A DNA stretch of 64,000 nucleotides. Origin: Octopus vulgaris (Eukaryota). This document shows, piece by piece, positions 52,971-64,000 of the stretch. Below the pieces are notes generated by a model. It saw only the letters and a list, made by a program, of their open reading frames with translations, searched no databases and was not told the DNA's origin. Positions within the stretch are counted from its first letter, which is position 1; the number at the start of each line of letters is the position of its first letter. The translations under genes were made by a program, and so were the position numbers. Location of the stretch: positions 21,576,001 to 21,640,000 of the forward strand of contig OX597820.1 of assembly GCA_951406725.2 (NCBI GenBank), written 5' to 3'.

Positions 52971-53879
52971 TTTGAGCGTGTGCATTAAAATTTCTTTTGC
53001 TAAAGTTCTCGTTAATGTTAAAATCAACATCTGCTTTGCAGATGAATTATTCTAGTATGTAGTCAGGTACCATCTCCAGCCAACACCCAAAACGTAGTTT
53101 ATAGTCAGAAAAGGTGTCGAACGTCTTCGTACTTTTATTTTCTGTTTCAAAGTAACATCTAACTTTTTTCCTATCATTATTACTGTGTATTTCATACTTT
53201 TAACAAAACACGTGATTTCCCCGCCGTTTTGCTGACGTGCCTTACGTCTAGTTGAAAAGCTCGACTTTTTTTTATTACTTTCTTCTTTTGTGGGTAGTGG
53301 TAGTATTTATTTATTGTTCAGTGTTTAGTGTAGGGTAAAGCTTTGAATCCACAGAAGATTGAGTATTCTGTATCGAATTTATAATTATTTTGTTGCTACT
53401 ACCTATATCAAGCTTCAATGAAAGGTCAACAGTGTCGGTTTAAATTTTGTTAAAGTTAAGTATTCTATATGTTGCTCTTATCATCCATCATCTTTAGGCG
53501 CATATTTTGATATCTTTAAATCTTATCAGTACTGCTCTTAGATAATTTATATTTGCATTACTAATGAGTTTAAGTCAAAATTATGTTTTTCAAGATCATG
53601 TATTAAAACATGCGAAAAGAATTAAAGAATCAGAGGAGCAATGATATACTTTTGTCTATCAGGCGGGATACGTTCCGTGATAGTTAAAAGTTTATCCCTG
53701 GAGGGTCGTAAATAGTTAAGACATTTGCGTGGTACTCGACAGCTGGAGATCCTCAATGGTTAAGACATTCGCGTGGTACACGACAGCTTTTATCAGAAAA
53801 AGTAAGACTAGTAGAAAGTTTTGAGTTTAAGGCACTTGCCAATCATAAGTAGGTTACTGTTATCGGTGTATGAAAGGTT

Positions 53880-54000
53880 TATGGTGTTCTTCTTGAATAT
53901 TTGCTGCGCAAAGTTAAGTGTACAGCTATAACCATTTTTGGTTTTGTTCCTGTTGAATAATTGGTATCTGCCGTCGTGAAAAGTATTTTATGAGATTTAT
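53880..54000 (-). mobile_element. Penelope-like element remnant (RT to GIY-YIG linker)
   Basis: LIKYF ... YQLFNRNKTKNGYSCTLNFAQ resembles the Penelope-like motif LIDKHF...KIFNRNTVKVSYSCMPN. Confidence 0.55.
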
Positions 54001-54124
54001 TTGAGCATTGAAACTTGAATAGAGTTTAAGCAATAACACTTTGAATTCTGCAACTTTGCCTTTGCGGGGCTATCGCAAATACTACAAACGTGATATTAGT
54101 ATGAGGATATAAGGGAAAGAAAAT

Positions 54125-54640
54125 TGAACAAAGACCAAAGACTTGATATAGTTGCAAAAGCTATTTACGATGCTACCCGCAGGAAAGACTGCTTTGACGT
54201 TTACATCAAAGGCTTGTCAGAACCAGCAGGTATTCACGCCTTTAAAAATAGGGAATATTGGTTCAACACTCCAATAAAAATATCAATTCGATGCAAACAT
54301 AACAGATCTGATACTGTTCTGTGGGACAGGGAACAAAAGTCACGTCGTAGAAGTCAGTTACCCGGATGTGAATATACATGCAAAAGTCCAAGAAAATGGG
54401 AACATTTATAGCAAATTAATGCAGAACTTACAGTTCTTAAACCTTGACTATGAATTCCCATTTGTACCTATCATCATAGGCACATTAGGATATGTGCAAA
54501 CAAATTTGCACAAAAACTTAGAAATACTCGGTTTCACGGAGAAAGAGCAAAAGAAACTGACGTAGATTCTTGAAATCCAATCTGATAGTGACATAGTGAT
54601 AATTTGTAAGACGTCAAAAATTCTCCATCTAAGATTCTTA
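54125..54640 (+). mobile_element. Degraded RLE-domain non-LTR retrotransposon remnant (R4/NeSL-like)
   Basis: RLDIVAKAIY...EYWFNTPIK.SIRCKHNRSDTVLWDREQK and NIHAKVQENGNIY...FVPIIIGTLGYV fit RHD / W / HNRPDIV / PIIIGALG motifs. Confidence 0.75.
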
Positions 54641-54820
54641 TGTGAATAGAAGCACACATTTGGGTGTATATGCATCGACAGTTCAACCAACGCACCAACT
54701 CAAGCACCTATTTACAAACACCGGGGACTTTCTTAACTAAAAAATTCTTGACGTTTTGTTAGCAACCGGCTTAAACTCTCCCAAGGAGAAGTTAAATAAA
54801 ACCCAAAGAAAAATCATAGT

Positions 54821-54853
<33 letters not shown>

Positions 54854-55380
54854 TGTGTGTGTCTGTGTGTGTGTGTGTGCGTGTGTGTGTGTTCCCCCAT
54901 ATGTTTAATTAGATACATAGATATAAATATTTATGAATACAAACTTATACATACAAATGTATGTTTATAAGAAAAGTATACAAAACTTTGGCGTATGATT
55001 ATTATATAATAAATTTTAAGAAGAATAATATAAAAATAGAAGTAATCTAACTGAAGATATACCGCAAAATATATAAGTAAAGTGAAAAATATGTTGATGT
55101 ACAGCATACAAGAATTTTGAGTTCGCATAGAGGATTAAATGTTATGAAAATAGAAAATTAGAGGGTAGATATAAAACCACAGCACGGTAAGTCTTAATAT
55201 TGTCTTAGAAACTAAAGTGTTAGTAGAATTACGGCTAGTGACTCCATCTGTTGTATCTGGGTGTTGCAAAGCGTGATGACCAGTCTCTGGACAGTGGATA
55301 TAGCAATAATGTATGTGAAAAATAAACAGCAGAGTTGCTTTGCCCCACACAGAAACTGCAGGAGCTACTTAGAAATATTG

Positions 55381-55601
55381 ATTTCAAATTTTAGCACAAG
55401 GCCAGTAAGCTGGAGGAAAAGGGAGCTAAGTCGAAGTCGATTACATCGACTCCAGTACTCAACCGGTTCTTATTTTATTGACCCCGAAAAGATCAAAGGC
55501 AAAGTCGACCTTAACGGAATTTGAACTCAGAATATAAAAACGGACGAAAAGCCGCTAAGCATTTCGCCCGGTTCGCTAACTATTCTGCTGACTCACAGCC
55601 T
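55381..55601 (-). mobile_element. SINE family B with 17 bp TSD
   Basis: gctacttagaaatattg (55364-55380) / gctacttagagatattg (55603-55619). Confidence 0.85.
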
Positions 55602-55689
55602 GGCTACTTAGAGATATTGCATGTTCTTCTGGTTGATAACTAAAGCCTTCGCAATCTGGGTTGATAACTAAAGCCTTCGCAATCTCTTC

Positions 55690-56520
55690 GTATCGTCAGC
55701 AATTGTCTCAGTGTCATATGCGTTTCGACCCTAGCCTGTAGGCTTCGCCTGAGTGGGACAGCAAGGAATGAAATGGCCTTCATCTGCAGAAGAGTTCCCT
55801 CTGGGATCTATTTTAAACCACAGCCTTCTTGAGTTGGTTTAATGTGTCATGCCTTTCTACTTGGTGGCCTTTAGTTGTTCCAAACCAACCTTCTGCAAGA
55901 ATCAGTGCATCGATCTCACTGAAAATCCATGGTAGCCAACTTCAATAAGGAATGATGCTGCAAGCTATCGTTCAACAAGCACCTTATCAATCAAATCTTG
56001 ATATTTAGCTTTCTTCTCGTGGTGAGGAGCCTGTCCTCTTAGGTAACTGGGAGTTCAGTGATGATGAGTGTTCTTACACTACTAGACAGCAGGAGCATGT
56101 CTGGTCGGAGCGATGTTACCACCACATCATAATGAAACACAAGTCTACACTTCAGGTCCATTTGCATTTTCAAGATCTAAATCTCAATGCAAAATAGAAT
56201 ACGAGCCGCCTACAATTGCTTTCTCCTCGGAAGCCTTGTCTCTTGCCGTTAAAAATTTAATACTTTTGAGAAATGATGGCTGTTGTTAGTTGGCCTTAAT
56301 TTTCCTCAGGTCCGTCCATTTGACAATTTCTGCAAGGATGTTTTCATGTTTCGATTTGTACCGGCCTTCTCTCTGGGCTCTAAGTCATAATGTGGTTCAG
56401 TTGGGTCCTAGTGTGTTTAGAATGGCCATTGTCCTTAAAGGTACAGTCGTAGTTCTTTCAAAGCATCAGATTTCTTTCTCTTGGATTGCTGGATTCTCAG
56501 AACCCTAAATGCTAAAAATC
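55690..56520 (-). mobile_element. Degraded HERO/NeSL-like RLE non-LTR retrotransposon 3' part
   Basis: Minus-strand pieces EGRYKSKHENILAEI, DLKCRLVF..VVTSLRPDMLLLS...IITELPVT*ED, KKAKYQDL and EVGYHGF match GRY.WRH / T.LRPD / ELTVPWE / EVGCRGF. Confidence 0.72.
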
Positions 56521-57138
56521 TTATTTGTCAGCTTCCCTTTAAGCATGAATTGAATGGTAACGCCGACTCAGTGGCTATTTTCTAAGGAAATATTTGTAGA
56601 GGAAAAATATTAAGACACAATAAACAAATAACTAATGATATAAAATAAATGCTGAAACAAACTTAATATATTGTGCACAAAGGTTAAATGTTATAGGCGA
56701 GGAATTTAAATTTAAAGATGTTAGTTATTTTAATTATTTTGTTGTATAACATGGGTAGGACTGTTAGAAGAAATGCTAAAAATGTTACATGGGACATCCG
56801 AGTTTATATTTAAATCATTATTTAATGAAACGTATCTAATGAAACATAAGTAGTTTTAGAACGGCCATTGAAGTTAGGTTTTTATCTGAAGTCGTTTAGA
56901 TAATATAAATAAATGCCTATTTGTACTCGTGCGTGTGTTACGAAGAGAAAAGTCGTATTAATTTAAAATACAAGAAAGTTTTGGAATTACGGTCGTTTGA
57001 GTAAGTGAAAAGTGTCTTTAAATGAAATAGCATTAAAATGTTGAATATAGTGGGTAGTAATGTTCATAAAGAAGGTAAGAAATGTGTGTTTACCTCTCTC
57101 TCTCTCTCTCTTTCTTTCTTTCTCTCTCTCTCTCTCTT

Positions 57139-57182
<44 letters not shown>

Positions 57183-57367
57183 GCGCGCAGACACACACCA
57201 TAAGTATGTATATGTGTGTGTGTGTTTGTGAGTGTGTAGCCGTACTCAAGTTTTACAATGATATATTTCATATTTTCTCGAATCTTCTACATGCGAGTGT
57301 ATACACACACACACACACACACATATCTATCACACATTGAATATAGAGGATACGAGAAAATATGAAA

Positions 57368-57651
57368 TATCAGGTCATCCCATAAGTTCTGTCCGAATTT
57401 TGAATAAAGAAAACAAGTGATCAAATGTTATATTTAATTGAAATTTAATCATCAATGTACTTTCTCTGATTATCTTTGACTTCCTTTCGTCTCTTTACAA
57501 GCTTTTCCATCCCATCAATGTAAAACTCTTTTGGTTTGAAAGCGAAGAACTCTGAAATGTCAGTTTCGACCTCCTCCTGGCTTGCGAAAGTTATGTCCCC
57601 CAAATGATTCTGTAAACTACAAAACAAATGGTAGTCTGAAGGAGCAATGTC
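57368..57651 (-). mobile_element. Mariner transposon 3' remnant (transposase C-terminus + TIR)
   Basis: DIAPSDYHLFCSLQNHL...F...E....FF..KPKEFY.DG.EKL..R...V......YIDD* contains the mariner (YSP)DLAPSDY motif; terminus ta-tcaggtcatcccataag. Confidence 0.85.
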
Positions 57652-57766
57652 CTAGAATAAGTACTAGGCTTACAAAGAATAAGTCCTGGGGTCGATTTGC
57701 TCGACTAAAGGCGGTGCTCCAGCATGGCTACAGTCACATGACTGAAACAAGTAAAAGGGTAAAAGA
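57652..57766 (+). mobile_element. SINE family A 3' fragment abutting a mariner remnant
   Basis: tagaataagtactaggcttac...gaaacaagtaaaagggtaaaagag. Confidence 0.85.
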
Positions 57767-59545
57767 GAGAGATTCTCTACAAGCATATACAATACTGTGA
57801 TAGTATACCAGAATAAAATATGAAACCTTACACTTGTTATGAATAAACTGTTCAACTTTATCTTCTTTCAGATCAAGTACATTGTTGCTTGTATTTTGGT
57901 CAAGAGAATTATCCTGCTGGATATATAACTTGTATTTCTGTTTATGATGTGTTCTGTAACCGTTGTTTACCAGGGTGGTGCACCGCGGCTACAGCTTTGT
58001 TGTTATCCACTCATTACAAATAGATGACGGACGGATGAAAGTTCGTCAATATTCCTTTCACATTTCTTGGAGAATTTTTCGTTTAGACCATTGGTTATCA
58101 ACCGGGATCCAGATGACCCTTGAGGATCCATTTGAGATTTTTTTGTTGTTAAAATTTAAGCGTAATAAATTAGTTTTACTCTCACATCACAAAATATTTT
58201 AACAATTTTTTTATGTTACAATTCTTAATGATATCTAATTACAAAAATATCACTGGAGCTTCTAAACATTGAATAGCTATGGGGCCCACCCGAGTAAAGG
58301 GGCCCATGAGCCAAAATTGAAAAACAGATTTAGACAATTAAAAAAAGTTTCTTAAAGATAACAGTATCATTTAATAACGTAAGCCATATATCAGGTGTAT
58401 GTTACATATCCTGAAATAATGTCGCTTCCTACACGTAACTGTTGACCGTAAAAAATGCTTCGTAAGTTTGTGCTATTTTAGCTTGTTCCACATTTTGTCA
58501 TGAGTAGAAATTATTGTACCTTGCAGACTAATTCTGACCCAGCTCCCTAACCTTCGACACCCGGTTCCCCATCCTTAATACGGCCGCATTAGAAGCAGGG
58601 CAGTTTTTTGATACATTTAAAATTAGAAAAAAAAAAAGCGTGTCTTATACGCTGGCAAATGCGGTACATTTTCTCAAGAAACTTTATTGTAGCAAAGAAA
58701 AAGGTTCCCATAGACCTACAGAAATAATAATTGAAGTCGAATTACCCTTATAATATATAGTGTAAAAACAATGTTAACATATATTTAACTTTGGAAAGCA
58801 GCGGTGTAAAAGTTCCTTTGTTTGTTTACAATAAAAGAAACTTAATCGTCGGTTGATTTGAAAAATTACGCAAACCAAACAGTTTAGCGTTCAGAAAAAA
58901 AGGGGAAGATAATATAATAACAACTTTATTAGCAAGAAGGACGTACTTTGATAATATACACATTAAAAAAAGGCATGTAAATGAAGAAAAATATCAAAAA
59001 TTAGTTCTGTATTATTTCTAGCATATCATGTAAATGCATGCAAGCAATTATGGAAAGGGAGCGAGGTTGTTGAAAGATGGGCACGTCATAAGCTTTGTAA
59101 ACAGAAGGAAAACACTACTTAAGGAAGCGATATTATAGCTTGTGTAGCAGAAGGAACGAAAGCTTCTCATCATAGGGGAAATTGTTCTTCTAGTTGGTTC
59201 TTAGAAAGATTTTATCTTTTTTGGGGTGACGTTATTCATGAGCTAATCTCAGTTGAGCTACATTTTGCTGAGTGATATCGACGCCTAAAGAAGTCTGAGA
59301 ACAAACCGCCGATTAATGGACGGATTATTGCTCATGGGTAGTTGGCATTGAGCTGATTTTACTGAGAGAGATTCAATCGCAGGGATCCGAGAACGAAGTG
59401 CCGAAATTCTGCCGTGTTAAATTCTTAAAAGAACTAAATAATTAAATCGCCATGACTCGGCTAGGAAAGAAGCCCTTTAAATAACTTCCTTCCAACATCA
59501 ACTGTTTATTTCTCTGGAAATGGATGTAAGTAGTTTCTGCACATA

Positions 59546-59990
59546 TTTTTTAAGCTATAGCATCCATTTATTTTATGGCGATAGTTAAATCGTAAAGATG
59601 TGAATTTACAAGACATTTACGTTATAAAGCACAAGGATATTTCTAAATCTCGGGAAGGTCATTATGACAATAATAAACATACACACTGTCTCTATTTCAC
59701 TTCTTTACTTGTGGCAAGCTGACAGAATCGTTAGCGCGCCGAGCAAAATGTTTAGGAAACAGGAGACACAGGTTTAATTCCTGGAACAGGGTCTATGAAA
59801 AGAGCAATTCAATTCATGTTACTCGTATCTATTCAGCTCTAACGAGCCTCTCTCTCTCTCTCTCGTTCCCTTTATCTCTCTCTCTCTCTCTCTCTCTCTG
59901 TTGCTATCTAGTTATCTCTCTCACACTCTCACATTCTCTCTCTCCGTCTCCCTCTCTTTCTCTCTCGCTATCTATCTATCTATTTATCTA
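59546..59990 (+). repeat. Local direct duplication, copy 1 (copy 2 at ~62370-62815)
   Basis: Base-for-base match at offset 2824 with only a few substitutions and microsatellite length changes. Confidence 0.95.
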
Positions 59991-60254
59991 TCTATCTATC
60001 TCTCGCAACTCTCTCTCCCTCTCTCCCACTCTATCTCTTTATCTATCTATCTATCTATCTATCTCAAGCGATAATTTTAAGGAGGTCTGAGTTGAGTATG
60101 AGAGACGAGTATTTAAAAAAGGAGCCTGACGAAATTATTACTTTGATTAGAACATGGGAGGGGAATATTTTGCGGAAAAAACAGTATAGGGTGAATCACT
60201 CAGATTCTCTCCGAGTTCTTCATTCACCAAATTGTCCTTTTTATGAGACCTACA

Positions 60255-60654
60255 TTTTTTTTTACTCTAGGTACAAGGCCCGAAATTTTGGAGGAGGGGA
60301 CCAGTCGATTATATCTACCCCAGTACGTAACTGGTACTTAATGTATCGACCCTGAAAGGATGAAAGGCAAAGTCGACCTCGGCGGAATTTGAACTCAGAA
60401 CGTAAAGACAGACGAAATACCTATTTCTTTACTACCCACAAGAAGTTTAACATAGAGAGGATAAACAAAGACAGACAAAGGGATTATGTCAATTAGATCG
60501 ACTCCAGTGCGTAACTGGTACTTAATTTATCGACCCCGAAAGGATGAAAGGCAAATTCGACCTCGGCGGAATTTGAACTCAGAACGTAACGGCAAACGAA
60601 ATACGGCTACGCATTTCGCCCTGCGTGCTAACGATTCTGCCAGCTCGCCGCCTT
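60255..60654 (-). mobile_element. Dimeric SINE family B within a single 15 bp TSD
   Basis: tttatgagacctaca at 60240-60254 and 60656-60670; junction gaaatac|ctatttc at 60420. Confidence 0.88.
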
Positions 60655-61077
60655 ATTTATGAGACCTACAAGCTTGAATGGAGAAAGCGCAAACTAGATG
60701 ACAACTCTGAATAGAATTGTGCCGGATGGCTATTACTGACTGGTTGGAAATAGTAGCAACAGATATATCTACAATAGAAATTGATGATAAATATCAAAAT
60801 GGCCATCAATATTGTTGATATTAAAGATGCAATACATATATTTTCTATCCAAAGATTTTATAACACCATATTTATATGCTATTATTTATAGCTTTATTTG
60901 CTTTCAGATCCATTATTTCGAAAAAGAATCATTTCGCATTCTCCCGAAGTTTAAAAAAATTGCTATGATTTCAACAGCATACAATTCTCGCCAGCAACAA
61001 TAAAGTTCCTAAAATGGATAAAGAAACTCGAAGGATGGGTTTGGTTCGATACATACATACATACATGCACGCACGCA

Positions 61078-61125
<48 letters not shown>

Positions 61126-61185
61126 TGAGAAATTTCATTGAAATGAGTGAGGTTCGCAAGAAGAGACAAAAAGTATCAATGCATA

Positions 61186-61365
61186 CGCAGGAGTGGCTGT
61201 GTGGTAAGTAGCTTGTTTACCAACCACATGGTTCCGGGTTCAGTCGCACTGCGTGGCACTTTGGGCAAGTGTCTTCTACAATAGCCTCGAGCCGACCAAA
61301 GCCTTGTGAGTGGATTTGGTAGGTGGAAACTGAAAGAATCCCGTCGTATATATGTATATGTATAT

Positions 61366-61430
<65 letters not shown>

Positions 61431-61635
61431 TGTGTCTGTGTTTGTCCCCCAACATCACCTGACAACCGATGGTGGTGTGTTTACGTTCCCGTAACTTAGC
61501 GGTTCGGCAAATGAAACCGATAGAATAAGTACTAGGCTTACAAAGAATAAGTCCCGGGGTCGATTTGCTCGACTACAAGGCGGTACTCCAGCTTGGCCAC
61601 AGTCAAATGACTGAAACAAGTAAAGAGTAAAGAGT
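61186..61635 (+). mobile_element. SINE family A, full length, with (TG)n
   Basis: Same as other family A copies. Confidence 0.9.
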
Positions 61636-62369
61636 ACAAAGATACTATAGTAAACATAGGAGAAAGTCGAACTTCCTTCTGAATCAGTAATTAAAAGTGC
61701 GAAGGTATCGCCATTCCTGATTATAAACCACCATAAGGTGTTGGCGGGAGATGGGCCTGATTACGTGACGCAATAATTTTACGGTACACCAGATGTTGTT
61801 TCTATCCTTAGCAGCTGGAGAACGGAAAGCTGTGTGAACACCGGTAATACCTCGATCCAGTTAGTGCAAATGAGCGGTCGTTGTAATTATATATGCTAAC
61901 AGCCTGTAACAGAATTTGAGGAAAATGTATTCTTGAGATTTATACTGATAAGTACAGATAACGATTGTCCAGGATAATATTAATGTCAGTTTATGTCAGT
62001 TTACAGTTTATAAACAACATAGCATACTTATCATTCTGTTGTACAGAAAACATTGCACAAATTCCCAGCCCTGTGCGTGTGCCTATGTTAGAATCTATTA
62101 TATATGTGAAATTGCCATGCGATATTGTTGGAGATTACGAAGCCTGACGTTTGTAGTAACTTTGACGGTTTCTACTGATTGTTAGGGAAATCTGCTGTAC
62201 TGAACGTACATCTCCTTCATCTCTCTCTATATAAAATTCTTTGCCTGTCTTTTTGAATGTCTGCCTGTTCTCTAAGTTCTAACGGTATCACTCTCCCTTT
62301 TTTTGCTTGACGTTTTTAGAAAGATAAACAAAAACTTGTTAAATCTCGCAGAAACCAAGAAGCAGATTT

Positions 62370-62960
<591 letters not shown>

Positions 62961-64000
62961 CTAACTCTCCAGCTGTTAAATCTTGGACGTTCTGCTGGTC
63001 AACAGCGAAAGGATCAAAAGGATGTTTGTTTCTGCTTACGATTACACAGACACTTAAAGTAATTAGCGAAAGCATGGTACATATTACATAGTCAAATACG
63101 CTGTGATTTGGTAACATCCACCATGACGTCTGACTATACTGTACAATTTACATTATATTAATAAACAGCGATTTCATTAGAGATTTTGCTGTTGTTCGAG
63201 TTCAAAGACATTCCAGCTGTAAGCATTTCGACTTTTTGTGTACAACGGAGTACATTGTTCAATGTATCTTTTGTTTTTGCTGAAGACGGTAGGATATAAT
63301 TTGAGGGAAATTTGGCTGCTATTGCAAGTACACCTTCCCTTCGTTGGCACATACTAAAAGAGTGAATAACTAAAGTATCGGATTACTGTCTCACTAGTTG
63401 TGATCTCATAGTTTCAGCAACATTTCGTTATCTCTAAGGTACGATACTACATATACTTGTATACCAATTGACATTGTTGTAGAAACCGACTATATTTTGT
63501 AGGAATGTTGTCTGTGATAGATGGCATCCTACGCAAGAGAGTATTCATTGCACTTCTTTCTTACTTTATTCAATCCGGATATAAACAGTGACGTGTTATA
63601 CCCTCTTAGCAGGAAGGACGACATGTCACAAAGCTCTCAAATGTTTTGTACATGAATACGTATAGAATTGCTCAAAGACCGACGATATTTTCATAGGAAT
63701 GTTACCTGAGAGAAGCTGGCACCTCACATAAGAGAATATTCGTTGCATATTCGTTTAACTCATTTCATTTGAAATACTAACAATGTCATTATATGCTCAC
63801 TTAGGAGGAAGGATGAGCTTTCATATGCCGTCTGGAATAATACGTATAAAATTACTCTTATTGTAGGCACTTAAGGTATATATATACGTGACCATATGCA
63901 TACATACATGTCGATGTATGCATAGCTACAAGGCGTAAGTATTATGGAAAAAACAGATACATCTTGCACGGAGTAATATGTTAATATACCATCGCTTTAT

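Noticed and set aside
4495-61465. Recurrent ORFs such as MLQHGRSQMTETSKRVK, AIVEDTCPRCH..GLNPEPCGW, WYLFNRPRKDERQ, MCVFMSETPKLH
   Set aside because: Chance frames within SINE copies, not a gene family

Overview
AT-rich, repeat-dominated eukaryotic DNA. The dense (TA/CA/TACA/GATA)n microsatellites and the SINE families look like an octopod cephalopod genome (recognition from memory, not a search). Only one host protein-coding exon is supported: a minus-strand exon at 18923-19265 with the start codon and first Ig-like (I-set) domain of a twitchin/projectin (unc-22/bent-like) giant muscle protein. It has canonical splice sites, a phase-1 donor and in-frame stops before the ATG. No next coding exon was recognised in the 18.9 kb downstream. 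A non-coding first exon must lie upstream; the best candidate is ~41.2-41.3 kb. The rest is intronic or upstream DNA with several tRNA-derived SINE families (many with readable 14-20 bp TSDs), LINE remnants (RTE-BovB-like, RTE Rex3/Expander-like, R4/HERO-like, CR1/L2-group), Penelope-like remnants, mariner and hAT MITEs, minisatellites and a recent ~450 bp local duplication. Nearly all other ORFs in the track are microsatellite or SINE artefacts. I found no convincing new multi-gene system. The most interesting observations are SINE dimers with a fixed junction, SINE tail swapping, a minisatellite born inside a SINE, nested insertions, possible hammerhead-core remnants and candidate twitchin regulatory and splicing features.
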